A DNA stretch of 64,000 bases, from assembly GCA_002269645.1 (NCBI GenBank), contig NIVC01002305.1, positions 62,001 through 126,000 of the forward strand, read 5' to 3'. The DNA is from Macrostomum lignano (Eukaryota). Below the pieces are notes generated by a model. It had not been told where the DNA came from. It did no database searches and worked only from the letters and a program-made list of their open reading frames with translations. The translations under genes and the position numbers were made by a program. Below are positions 1 through 12,751 of this stretch, in pieces (position 1 is the first letter of the stretch; the number at the start of each line of letters is the position of its first letter).

Positions 1-910
1 TTCCGTGTAGTAAATAAAAATAAATTCTTAAATACTGATAGTGATAGGGTGCGCATTGATCTTGTCTATTGCATTTTCATCTGTTAGTACAAAACAACTT
101 TTCTCTGGCATAGCCTATCATTCAGATACATAGGCCTAGGCCTATCCCAATTTTGTGAAATAAATCAAACAAATATAAATATTGGAGTAATTTATTTGTC
201 TAATCTGAATAAGGGGTTTGTATAATTGTATAAGTGGCATGCTATATAAAAATTATAAGTAGGCCCTAGACTTAGACTAGGCCTAGGTTGTGGCACTAAA
301 ATGAATGCCTGCAGCACCAAAATAAGTGCCTGCAACACTAAAATGTGTACTAGCAGCGTCAAAAGTGGCAATGGCATAAGGCATGGCCAGCCAGGCCAAC
401 CCGCCTCCCCCCAATTAAAAATTCCTGGCTATGCCATTGGCAATCTTAGACTTAGAGTTTGGAGAACAAATTTCTGCTTTTCAAGTGTAACCTTAGAATA
501 GGCCTATCCATCCTTGAGAACCAAAAATAGGCTAGCCATTGGCAACAAGATTTTGAGCCCCAAGGGCCAGCTGGCAACTGGATTTCCAACCTTTAAAAAA
601 CCCAGTGTGTATGCCTAACTTTTGGTATGCAAAGCGGCGGCTGCCAAAGCCAATGCATGCCCAAATTTTTGGATATATAGGCGGATAGGCCTATTACATG
701 ATCTAGAATATGGCATGATTCCATAGTTAGGATCATAGCTCACCTGCCTCTAAACAAATCCTAAGCCTATCTATCAAAGAGTTTGCTTGCACTATGTGCC
801 AGAACTATTCTTTTCAATATACTAAAATAGAAATTTTGTCTGTATTTATGTATGTTTGTAACATAACTCTTCCTAGGCTACTTGCAACTAGTGTTCCGCT
901 GTAAGGAAGG

Positions 911-1480
911 TCCATATATTGTAGCCATAGCCATAAGCAAAACTATGGCTTATTCCAATTCTCTATATTCTGTAGCCATAGGGACCCTAATATTAGGGCC
1001 TACCATATTCCCATAGTTCCCACTATGGATAGTTTTAATAAAAGTCTAGAAAACAAAAATTTTGAATCAAGAATATAAAATAGTGCTTAAACAACTTCAA
1101 ATTAAGTTAGAAAATAAAAGAAACACTCAATTGCCTTTGTATGATAATATTTCATCTTTTTTCAAAGCAACAATACTTGATCATTAATTACTAATGCTGA
1201 ACTTTTTCACATTAATAAAAATTAGAGTTTGCTAGTGTTTTATTGTACTTTTTTAGGTATATTTTAAAAGTTTTTAAGTTGATAATACAGTTAATTAAAA
1301 GTATCTTTGTTTTACTTTACCTGTTTCTAATATTTTTCAATTTTTAACATTAATAACTACAGCCATGGGAATCTACGGAATGTGACAACAACTACCATAT
1401 TTCTGTAGTCATAGCCATAGCTGCCATAGGCACCTATTTTACCATATTTGCCATAGGATCCCGTAGTCGTAGCTATGTCT
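911..1480. repeat. Dispersed non-autonomous repeat rich in CCATAG/CTATGG motifs (copy 1; copy 2 at ~62050-62685)
   Basis: Collinear same-orientation similarity with 62050-62685, e.g. agccatagccataagcaaaactatggctta at ~923 and ~62066, and aaaattagagtttgctagtgttttatt in both. Boundaries approximate. Confidence 0.75.
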
Positions 1481-2321
1481 ATGGTGAAACATTACTTGCA
1501 ACTTAGCATTTTAACTTATATAAGAAAATTGCAACTTTTCTAGAATTGGCTTTAGGCTATTTATCAAATAAGTCTACTTGTGCTATGTTCCAAAACTTTT
1601 TACAAAGAAACACAAAAATGGTATTTTTCATTTGAAAAATACTAGTAAAAGTTACATTTGAATCTGTTTCATAAAAATGCAATGTTAACATATTTTAAAT
1701 ATGAGAACCATCAATACACTGGCAAATAAAAAAGTGCTAATAAAAAGAAATTTTTCTGGTATAATTTTCTGTGTGCAAAAATATCATCTTGCTAAAATTT
1801 TTTGTTTTGCAACTTGTACCAATTTTTTTGTGCCATACTGTGATAAATTTTTCTCTTTGCCTGCTATTATGCCAGAATGTGCTTACATGATGCATGTCCA
1901 ACCCCATTTTGTACTAGAATTTTCAGTGAAAAAAGGCTATCTTTTTGACTATGGGCATAATCCAAAGTGAACAATCCACATTGTGAACAATGAACAATGT
2001 GCAAGTTATTTGGCTCTTAATTTTTTATAAGCTACTTTTTATAGGTTTTTCTATATAAAATTTAATTGGATACCTAAGAATAAATTTTATAATTCCTTTC
2101 ATAATGTTGATTTATGGTAGTTCTCTGTGGCTTTGCTTTCAAATGCAATAATTTTGCATTTAGGGTTTTTATGCTTTTTAGTTCCTGACATTTTGGTATC
2201 CCAGATTGCTTTTCAATACCCTAGTTTATGGCATCTCCAAGGGTTGTCCTAGAAATAGCCAGAAAAACCAATACAGAGGCTTGATTATGATATTCAAATT
2301 TGATGCAACTTGTATCATAAG

Positions 2322-3688
2322 TAGAAAAATCCTAGGTACCAAAAAGTATAGATAAGTATATATTAATGACTTAATTGAGTAACTTAAATCTTAAAACTTT
2401 TACTAATAGAAACCTCTGTTTGCCTTCTCCTATTTCCACATTCTCCTCTTTATAGATTATCAAGCTATCTTAAGCAATAAGAAAAGCAATCTCCTACACA
2501 TGTTTCTGACAATAGAAACTTATTGCATATAAGTCATCTGAAAAAATGCCCAAAAAACTAATACATGCAAGTCTGCAATGGAAAAAGCAAGAGAATTATC
2601 TTGAAAGTCTTTATAAAAAGCAATATATTGAAAAAGTAAATGAATTGAAATACCAGAGCATCACTTTTTATCTTATAACCCTTAGATGCCGGGTGGCTAG
2701 CAGAGCTGACCATAGCCATAGAATAGAAGGTGACGAGAAAAAAAAATTAGTAGTCTATGGCCAGTGAGGCGCAGAATTGCAGCTCCTTTCCTGCCGAACA
2801 TGGTCAGCTGAGCTGACCATGGAATAAATAGCGCACTCACTCAGTCTGTAGCACTCTGTAGCAACCACTAGAGCAACTTTCATGTACTAACAATGGCACA
2901 GAAGAAAGATGCAGTTTATTGTTGAATTAATTTCGAACTATAAAGTTAAAGGGAAAGTTAAAGTTAAAGTTCAAGCAAAAGAACTTTAGAAAACTTTAGA
3001 AAAATCTTAGGTCTTTAGAAGAACTTTAGAAAAATCCTAGGTACCAAAAAGTATAGATAAGTATATATTAATGACTTAATTGAGTAACTTAAATCTTAAA
3101 ACTTTTACTAATAGAAACCTCTGTTTGCCTTCTCCTATTTCCACATTCTCCTCTTTATAGATTATCAAGCTATCTTAAGCAATAAGAAAAGCAATCTCCT
3201 ACACATGTTTCTGACAATAGAAACTTATTGCATATAAGTCATCTGAAAAAATGCCCAAAAAACTAATACATGCAAGTCTGCAATGGAAAAAGCAAGAGAA
3301 TTATCTTGAAAGTCTTTATAAAAAGCAATATATTGAAAAAGTAAATGAATTGAAATACCAGAGCATCACTTTTTATCTTATAACCCTTAGATGCCGGGTG
3401 GCTAGCAGAGCTGACCATAGCCATAGAATAGAAGGTGACGAGAAAAAAAAATTAGTAGTCTATGGCCAGTGAGGCGCAGAATTGCAGCTCCTTTCCTGCC
3501 GAACATGGTCAGCTGAGCTGACCATGGAATAAATAGCGCACTCACTCAGTCTGTAGCACTCTGTAGCAACCACTAGAGCAACTTTCATGTACTAACAATG
3601 GCACAGAAGAAAGATGCAGTTTATTGTTGAATTAATTTCGAACTATAAAGTTAAAGGGAAAGTTAAAGTTAAAGTTCAAGCAAAAGAA
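2322..3688. repeat. Tandem duplication of a 662-bp unit (2322-2983 and 3027-3688, period 705) with a 43-bp junction insert
   Basis: Identical ORFs at 2546-2767 and 3251-3472; the copies match from tagaaaaatcctagg to gcaaaagaa. Confidence 0.95.
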
Positions 3689-5841
3689 GATATTTGTCCA
3701 AAAGCAACAAAAAATTTATGATTTTGAGACGCAACTACATGTACGCTTGTATAGTAGCATATAATAATACAGGGAACAATATTGTGGTAGAGTGCCACAG
3801 TTGGACATTTAATTATTTTTGTCTTAACATAAAGGTAAAAAATTAATAGTCAATGCCGAATACAAACGCGAATTATATAGTACGGCTGGTGAAAGGAGTT
3901 CTTTAATTCAGTAATTCACATGCCACCATTCAAAGCAGGGACTTGGGCACAGTCCAGGTGCATTCGGACACGCACTGCAGCAGAACACGGTGCGCTTCGC
4001 AGTGCCGTTGCGGTAGCACACGCGGCATCGCTTCACCGGCCTCAGGCACAATTCCCTCGGAGGCAGCTTTGATGGAAAGTGCTGCTGAGCTGCGGCCGCT
4101 GCTGGTTGCCTAGCTGCCGTTCGCTGTCTTCCTGGTCCCGTGGAGTCAACCAGTAGGGTAATACAGCTCTCCAGGAATTTGAAGAACTGCAGCCGGCCAC
4201 CATGCTTTGAGTATACAACCCATGCATTGTGTACAAGCAGCAGGCAGAGATGAAACCCCAACTTATGAAACCACTTGTAGGTTTTGTGGCAGCTGTCGTA
4301 CGGTTTCAGCATGGCATCGAGTCGGTCAACGCCTCCCATGCAGCGGTTGTACAGCAGGTTCAAGGCGCTTTTCTGCACTTGCACAGCTTCACCATTCTTG
4401 CGAATTCGGTTCGTCGCTACTTTCTGAGCTGAGCCGTGGGTGTCGATCATGAAGAATGTTTTCAAGCCGCTTTCCTTGCGCTCCAGGATTTTCATGGCCA
4501 GCACTGGCAGCTTCCTCATGAAAACTACGTCATTCAATGGCTCCTGCTGACTGCGCAATGCCAATGGCACTCCACGGTCGGCTCGAACAGTTGCTGTCAG
4601 CAGTGTGCTGCATTCGTACAGAAAAGTCGCAAGCCGTACTGAGGCAAACCACTTGTCGACGAAAAGGTGATAGCCGAAACCGAGCAGGTCCTTGCAAAGG
4701 TGCACTACGATTTTCTCGCTTAGAGACAGCTGGTCACAACCGAGGTCGTCGCCAAAATGAGAGTTCTCTTCAGCAGTCGAATGTACTAGAAAGTTTACAG
4801 GTAGCCAGATGCAGACTCACAGGCGCAGTACATTTTAATTCCAACTCTGGCTCTCTTCGATGGGATGTACTGCCTAAACTGAAGGCGCCCCTTGTACAGA
4901 ATCAGGGACTTGTCGACGCTGACCTGCTGCTCTGGCTGGTACACATTCGCGCAGAGCTGCTGAGCCAGACGGAGCAGCGGCCGAATCTTGTGCAGTGGGT
5001 CGTTCGAGGCGGGTGCTCGTGCATCGTAGAAACAAAGGAAGGCCAGCAGCTGCTTGAATCGGTCACAGGTCAAGCCATTGGGCAATTGAAAAAACGGAGT
5101 ACTGTGAATGACACTGGTGCTATCATGCAGTTCCGGCTTCCGTGAGATGCCCATGAACAGGTACATACCCAACAGCTTGGATATCTCACTGCGGTTTGTG
5201 TCCTTCCATGACTTCAGCAAGCTCAAAACATCTTCTCCATCATGTGTCGCCTGCTCATACTCAGCCCAAGCTTTTGCGTTTGTCCACTCCACGATCTTAT
5301 CCAGCAGCTCATCGGTTAAAAACAGTCGTAGAAAATATTGGATGTCTTCACGGTCTTCGGGAAGGACAAGGCTGGGGTTTACACCCAAAATTCCAGTGAA
5401 ACTGGGGCCGTCTTCAACAATGTCTTCGCCTGGCTCCACAAACTGCCAATCGTCTTCTACTTCGCTGATAGTGACCGACTCAGACAACTTGGAGTTCTCC
5501 GCTATTCCAGCGTCACTTTCGGAGTCGGAAGTCAACAGAATATCCATATTTGGATTGATTTGAATTACATGAATAGAATTGTACAGAATTTGGCACAGCC
5601 CTTAATATACTAAAACTGGACTGTCTATGGCCAGTCTTGTACAGTTTTGATAAGCGTGTGTGCAACCCATTCCAAATGTACATTCTCCTTCAACCCTAGA
5701 TTAGACCAGCGATGGCTGGCTTATTGGCAGGAGTGGCAGTGCAATTCAGTTCACTGAAAACTTGAAATAGTCTATGGTCAGCTCTGCTGACCATGCCGGC
5801 AGGAACGGAGCTTTCTATTTAGGAATTCAGGCTTGAAAAGG
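3384..5841 (-). mobile_element. piggyBac DNA transposon, ~2458 bp
   Basis: Contains a piggyBac transposase. Ends CCCTTAGATGCC (3384) and GGCTTGAAAAGG (5841) match 8/12 as inverted repeats, and each is flanked by ATAA (3380-3383, 5842-5845). Subterminal inverted repeat 3486-3526 vs 5774-5812. Confidence 0.75.
3908..5547 (-). pseudogene. piggyBac (PGBD-type DDD) transposase with one apparent -1 frameshift at ~4796
   Basis: Motifs VSVDKSLILYKGR, RQYIPSKRARVGIKMY, HLFVDKWF, YNRCMGGVDRLD and a C-terminal Cys-rich domain CRVC..CSAC..LC..CFEWWH. Adding 1 nt at CTG-TA-AAC joins ORFs 4795-5547 and 3908-4705 into ~545 aa. Confidence 0.9.
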
Positions 5842-5999
5842 ATAACAACTTTAAAATATACATTGCTTTTTAGATCAAACAAGGTCAATTCTGCAATGTT
5901 CTTATCATTGCACAAAGTCAATAACACAATGCTGGATATTATGCTTATTGAAATATTGGTAGACTATTTAATTCTTTAGTCATCTCTAACTATAAAAAT

Positions 6000-6600
6000 G
6001 AAAACTCTGTGTGTCTATGGACAATTTTGATCGCTATGGACTCCCAAACCGCTCAACCAAATTACACCAAACTTTACACCCACCCTAAACTTACTACGGA
6101 GAATGTCTTAGGCTACCTTTTAATTTCCTAGACTCAAGTCTTCCTATCTAAAAGTACAAAAAACTGCTCAAAATGCGTGATTTTTTCACTTAATCCTCCA
6201 TAGCGCCGCTCCACTTCTACCGATTAACTTCAAATTTGACACAGATATTCTTAAACTATTTTGGCACAATCATGTAAAATTTCGAGTCTTAAAGTTAATC
6301 CTGAGCAGTGCTGTGCACTTTTAAAGTTAGGCTGTTTTTTTCAGCGAGGCAGCCACCCCAACCTCCGCCCGCCTGCCTCTCTTTCCCGATCCCGATCTGG
6401 GCCCAGATGTGTAAAAGGTTTCAAAATTGACTAACTTTCAGCTGCCATAAGTTTGCTCCACGTAAAGCGATTGACTTCAAACTTGACACAATTCTTCATT
6501 GACTCATTCTCTGTCTAAATGTAAAGTCTCAACTCTGTATCTCAATCAGGACGGAAACTGTAAGCATGTGAAGTTTGTCTGCTTTTTCTGTTGTTTGTGC
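6000..6600. repeat. Degenerate repeat with three related modules (ctcc..ccgattaacttcaaatttgacaca-like); possibly a Helitron/Helentron-type non-autonomous element
   Basis: Related modules at ~6042-6080, ~6211-6250 and ~6457-6495. Family assignment is by resemblance only. Confidence 0.3.
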
Positions 6601-7129
6601 CACTCACTCACTCATTCCCCCAGAGCCAGACGAATGGTCAGGCGATAGGACTGAATGTACATAGCAAATGTACAGTGTTTTGGAATTCCACCCCAAGAGT
6701 GGAGAGGCTACGATTAGCCATAACAGTTTAGTGAGAAATTCTAACCACTGCCCTCCCCTCTGTATTGGCAAACTCTGCAGCAGTTTAACAGTGGATGGCA
6801 ATTGGCAATTGGCAAATCAAGGGAATCCACTATCCAGCATGGTTTGTAAAAGCGAAAGATTTATGAAAAGGCGATGCCATGCAATGCAATACAACCCTAC
6901 TAAATTAGGCACACCATGGAAATTTTAGGTTTCTTTTAAAGGTACTGTGTAAATATTAAATGGCCTTCTAAGAAATGCGTATTTCCTTGGTTGTTAGACT
7001 GATGCAGACTGCAGTGGAGCTGAAGATACACAAATTCCTTTCAGGGCTGCAAATTGGCAAGAAAGATGACATGATCAAAGCATGAGAACAACCATGAGAG
7101 TACTACGTCCCACAAACTGGCTTTCCAAG

Positions 7130-7878
7130 CAGGGATGGGCAGACTTTACCTCTAAGGCCAGATAAAGAATCCAGCTCATGGCTGAGGGGCAGATGAAAGT
7201 GGAAAGAAGAAGGAATAGACGATTCGAAGAGAGGAGAGGCGACAGAGGGGACAAAAAAAAGATAAAAGATAATAGGAGAGATGAGGGGGTGAGGACGATG
7301 AGAGAGAGGGGAGAAGAGGGGAGAGAGGAAAAGCGAGAGCAGAGAGTAGAGATGAGAGAGCAGAGAGCTGCAGATGAGAGGAGAGAGGAGACAGCAGAGA
7401 GGAAACAGGTGAAAGAAGAGATGAGAGAGTAAAGGGAAGAGAGAAGAGATAAAGATACATCTCTACATCTCTAAGGTAGTAGAGATGAGAGAGGTGGAAG
7501 GAGAGATGAGAAATGAGTGATGAGAGATAAAGGAGAGAGGAGAGTGGAGTGAGAGAAGAGAGGGAGACAGAGTATAGAAAAGGGAAGAGAAAAGAAGAAG
7601 GGAGAAAGGAAAGTGAGGAGTCAAAAGAGAGGAAAGAAAAGAGTACAGAGGAGAGAGGTGAGAGAATATATAAGACAGAGATGCCAGATTAAAGAGGGGG
7701 GTGAGAGAGCAGAGACAAGAGTGAACAGATAAAAGATGGGAGAGTAGAAAGAACAGAGGAGAGGTTACAGAGACGAGAGGAGAGACAAAGGTAGAGAAGT
7801 GAGTGAGGAGAGAGGAGAGGAAAGAGGAGAATGGAGAGGGGAGGGAGTAGAGAGAGGAGGAGAGATAAGAGAGAAGAC

Positions 7879-7952
<74 letters not shown>

Positions 7953-8383
7953 AGCAGAGAGAAATGAGAAGAGATAAGAGAGAAAAGATAAAAGAAGAGA
8001 AAGGAAAGATGAGAGAGCAAAGACGAGAGAGAAAAGAGGTGAGGGAAGAGATGAGAGAAGAGGGGAGAGATGAGAGAGTAGAGGAGAGAGTTAAGAGAAG
8101 AGAGAAAAGAATAGAAAGGAGAAGGAAGATAAGAGAGAAGAGGGGGTGAGAGGAGAGAGGAGAGAGGAGAGGAGAGAGGAGAGGAGAGAGAAAAGAAGAG
8201 ACAAGAGATAAGATAAGAGAGATGAAAGAGAAGAGAGATGAGGGAAGATACGAGAGAAGAGGGGAGAGAGGAGAGAGGAGAGACGAGGGACGAGAGAGAT
8301 GAGAGGAAACAGACGATAGAAGTTTTAAAGGATCCAAGGGACGTAGGGAGAGTCAGGGAGAGACCAGAGTTTAGCAATATATG
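7130..8383 (+). mobile_element. hAT-like non-autonomous element with a large internal purine-rich (GA) tract containing a (GA)n core at ~7884-7949
   Basis: Starts CAGGGATGGGCAGACTTT and ends ccagagtttagcaatatatg. Termini resemble 19729 and 59063. No clean TSD. Confidence 0.45.
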
Positions 8384-10019
8384 TTTTAGAGTCAGACAGA
8401 CATTGCCTGACATTCTGCGCAGTACCCCAGCCAACAATGTCTCAAACCCTAATTTTACACAAATGTGCTCCATTTTATGTCTACCTCTATCCTATTAACT
8501 ATTAACAAGTTTTTGTTTGTGTATGGCCTTAGATTTCAGAATACATGCAAAAGTAGTTCCGGGTATTGGAATTCCCCGGGTTCAAAATCCGCGGGTTTCA
8601 ACAGCTTGTGCCAATTATAAAATAAATTTATTAAATCTAGGAACCTCTAGCAACTTGCACTGATCTTAAGGCCATAAACTAAATTCAAACTAATTTCTAT
8701 AAATACCTCTTTAACCTATCTAAAAACACTTGCTATTCAATTATCCTTGTTGTTTAACATTCCTTTCCCTCAATATTTCCAAAAATTTTCTTAAAATTAA
8801 ACAAAAAATGGAATCGTATTATTATAATATTCAAATTAAACAACTGCTCTAATAACCTCAGGAAAACAGACATCCTTAAAAACACAAAACCTAGGTTTTT
8901 GCATTTGCATATACAAGCATTAGACCCTACAGAGAATTATAACTAAGATGAAGCAACAATGATTAAGCAGTTATATATCTCTTAGGAATGTAAGAAAAAA
9001 AACCAAAAAATTAACCTACATAAAAGTCGAGCATTAATAAAAATTTCTATATTTGCTAAAATATTTAAGGTCTGATTTAAAAAAAACTTTTTTCCAAACA
9101 TATTTAGAAATGAAAATACTTAGAACTTATCGTTAATCTTAAAACTGGGTTCTTACCCAATATACATGCACAAACCCCTTGATTTACATTGGCTATGCAA
9201 CTTAATTTTAGTCAAAAAATGCAACTTACCTATGAATGAAAGTGTAAAGCAAAAAAATAATGCAAAATCAATTTTGGGTAAATGGCAAAATTTTTCCCAT
9301 GATTGTCTTCCTATATACTAAAAATGATAATCTTGCTGGCTTGCTTGTATGCAATTGATTTTCTCCTAAACAGCTGAATTGATTTTTATAAGACTAAAAG
9401 ACTTGCACCATTTGATCAGAATATATCCTATGACAGTACATATGTCTAAGCTAAGAAATTGCTCAATGCTAAAGGGATTAAATAATCAAAAAACATGCTT
9501 TTTTGCAAAGGTCAGGCAGCTCTTTTGACTTGAAATGCATTGTAAGAATGTTAGAAAAAATACTAATTGGTTGAATTCTGATTCTGGAATAGTTTGCATC
9601 ATAACTAAATTGTAACTCTAACTTGAATTGTCACAGTATTAAAAATGCAGTGTAAAAGCATAGCACTAGACTTGATTTAGATTGTGTAATAATATAGTTA
9701 ACTGATATTGACTGACTAAGAAATTTGATTATGTCATAACTGCCTTGTATGATATACTCTATGCTTGGAGTTTTGAAAGTGTTGAATTATATTTTAAGTG
9801 CTAAAATTCATATTATCAAAACAATGCAAGCTAGCCTATAGGTGAACTACTGACTAAACTGCTAAATGCGAAACAATGGTTCAAATTTTTAGAGTAAAGT
9901 TTTTTAAACAAAAACTTGTTTTTTTAGTTTTTTAAGTAAAATTTAAAAGTATTTTTTTGGATTTTAAAAAAACTTTAAAAAGAAGTGTCATGTGAAAAAT
10001 AAAAGAATCGTCATAAAAA

Positions 10020-10620
10020 AACCATAGAAGTGTCATGTAAAAAATCATAGAAGCATCATGCAAAAAAATATAGAAGCCTTATATAAATAACTATAGAAGT
10101 GTTGTGTAAAAATCATAGAAGCATCATGTAAAAATTATAAAAGCATTATGTAAAGGATCATAGAAGCATCATGTAAAAAATTATAGAGATGTCATTTAAA
10201 AATCATAGAAGTGTCATGGAAAAATCATAGAGGCCTCATGTAAAAAATTATAGAAGCATCATATAAACAATTATAGAAGCATAAATTTTTAGTATATAGA
10301 TGTCAAAAATCATATAAGCATCATTTAAACAATCATAGAAAAGTCATGTAAAAACATAAAAGCATCATGTCAACAATAATAGAAGTGTCATCTAAATAAT
10401 CATAGAAATAAATTGTAAAAATGATAGAAGGATCATGTAAAAAATAATAATAAAAGAAGGAATAATAAAAGAAGTGTCACGTCAGACATTAAAAAGTATT
10501 ATATAAAAATCAAAAAGTGTTGCTATGGGGGGAGGCGCTAATAAAAGAAGTGTCATGTCAAAAAGAAAAGAAGCATTATGTAGGCATAAAAGAAGAGTCA
10601 TGTCATAGTTGAAAGATTTA
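10020..10620. repeat. Degenerate AT-rich ~22-23-bp tandem repeat (aaaatcatagaagcatcatgtaa)
   Basis: Repeated atagaag..tcatgtaaaaa units. Confidence 0.75.
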
Positions 10621-11606
10621 TTTGGGAATTGCTATGATGTCAAGGCTTGGAGGGAATCGCTATAGTGCTGTGATGTAAAGATATAAAGGGAGGAATCACT
10701 AAAATGTCAAAGCTTAGGGAAGAAAAATTGCTGCAAATTTAAGGCTTTAGGGCTAGGTTTAGGTTTAGGTCAGGTTTGGATTTATAGTTAAGGTTTAGGG
10801 GGTTTCAACATTGATAGGGATTTTTTAGATTTCAAGGTTTATAAGGGGGCAGCATCGTTGAGATATCAAGGCTTGCAATGGGAATAGCTAAGATGTCAAG
10901 GCTTGCAAGGGGAATAGCTGAGATATCAAGACTTGCAATGGGAATAGCTAAGATGTCAAGGCTTGCAATGGGAATAGCTAAGATATCAAGGCTTGCAATG
11001 GGAATAGCTAAGATGTCAAGGCTTGCTAGGGGAATAGCTGAGAGTTCAAGGCTCACAAAGGATTGCTGAGGTTATTGCAAAGAGAAGCTGTAGTTTAAAC
11101 AGGTAGTATCAACATCTGGTTTATTCCAAATTAGAATAAAGCCTTGACAAAAGAAGTGTCATGTCAGATATGAAGGAAGCATGGTGTCAAAAATATAAGA
11201 AATGTCATGTCAGACATAAAATAAGTGTCATAAAAAATGTGACATGAAACTGTGTGCTGTGACTCTTGGGGAGAATTACTATGATTTCAAATCTTATGAG
11301 GGGAATAGCTGAGATGTCAAGGCTCATAGAGGAATAAATGAGATGTCAAGGCTAAACTCAGAAGCTGTATGTAGTTTATTCAAAACTTTTTGTTACATTT
11401 GTTACAACTTTTTGTCAAGGGGGGAATTTGGTATGTTAAGGCTTGTGGGGGAACTGCTAGTATGTCAAGGCTTACAAGGGACTGCTGAGGTATATAATGC
11501 AAAGGGATGCTATATGTTTATTTGAAAAGTTTTAAAAGTAAAAAGTTTATTAAAAAAACAGTTACTGCATTTTTTTGGCTCCCCAATGGGGGGCACTGAT
11601 TGCTAG
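10620..11606 (+). mobile_element. Helitron-like non-autonomous element, 3' part, carrying a 30-bp minisatellite (10850-11050)
   Basis: Hairpin GCTCCCC-AAT-GGGGGGC (11578-11594), 8-nt spacer, then CTAG|T (11603-11607). Upstream unit agatgtcaaggcttgcaatgggaatagcta and degenerate ttagg runs. 5' limit undefined. Confidence 0.5.
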
Positions 11607-12751
11607 TATATTAAGGCTAAATGCTTCATTGCTATTCTAAATGCTAGTCTTAATATATAAATGCCTAATCTCAAAATTTCACCTGTGTGGTGTCTAGAAT
11701 TACGACTTAGTTCCTCCTGATTGTGACTTGGTTCCTCTCGATTGCAACTTAGTTCCTCCAATTGCAACTTAATTTTCAATTTGTATATGACTTTTCTTGC
11801 CTTTTTCTCCTTTCTTCTCTCTTCTCTTTCCCCTCTCTCTCTCTTCTCCTTCCTTTCTTTTCCTTTTCTCTTCCTCTTATTTCTTTCTCCCAATTTTTCA
11901 TTTTTTTGCATTTTCAATTTTGCAACTTACCTTGGTCAGCAGCCATTTCACCCGTCTGGTTTGGATAGGTTGGACAGGTGTTAGGCATGTAAGTCTAAAT
12001 ACATTAGCCAAAACCAACTGAACACAAGGCAATTCTACAACTTAGGCTATGCTATAAATGAAAACAACAAAAAGACCTATTAGCTATTGAGATGATTTTA
12101 AAACTCTAATAGTCTTTTCTTTAATCAACCTTTTAATCTAGGCAATACCCTATCACCTAGGTGTCTCTTGCTATTGCTATCTGTCTTACACTTTGAATCT
12201 GTAGTGCCTAATCTTCCTGATCTTCCTAGATTATTCTGTCTTCTGCTCTATCCCTCTTTTGCATTGTTTTTGCTTCTTTTCTTTTGCAAATGCAAATGTT
12301 ATTGTTTTTTTACTTCTGGTCTATCCCCATTTTTTCTCATAGCCTCATGCTTACCCATTGTTACTTGATTAGATTTTATTATGTTTCATTTTTCTGCTCT
12401 TCTAAAAAACCAACTATGGTCAAAATACAACATTTTATACCATCAAACAGTCAAACTAAATGATATACTGAACCCATTTTTCTTGCTACTAATTTTCTTA
12501 TTATCACATCTACACACTTTGTTTTCTTTTTGCCCTTTTTGATTGTGCTTTTATATCATGAATATTTTAAATTCATGCAAATTCAAGTTATATCATTTTA
12601 GGTATATTAATATCGACTTTATGCTAAATTCATGTCATAATAGCACAAAATTTACAAAATTTCCTGATGTAATGCAACATGTTTGTCCTTTAGGGTACAT
12701 TACCTAGTCCCAAGTTTCTAATCAGGGCTATACTACAATGAATATATTCCT

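Noticed and set aside
7176-8498. Ser/Leu-rich and Arg/Glu-rich ORFs (also 59029-59810 and 11603-12021)
   Set aside because: Translations of GA/CT low-complexity tracts.
10745-10802. Telomere-like ttaggg/tttagg run
   Set aside because: Short and degenerate, and lies inside the putative Helitron-like repeat.
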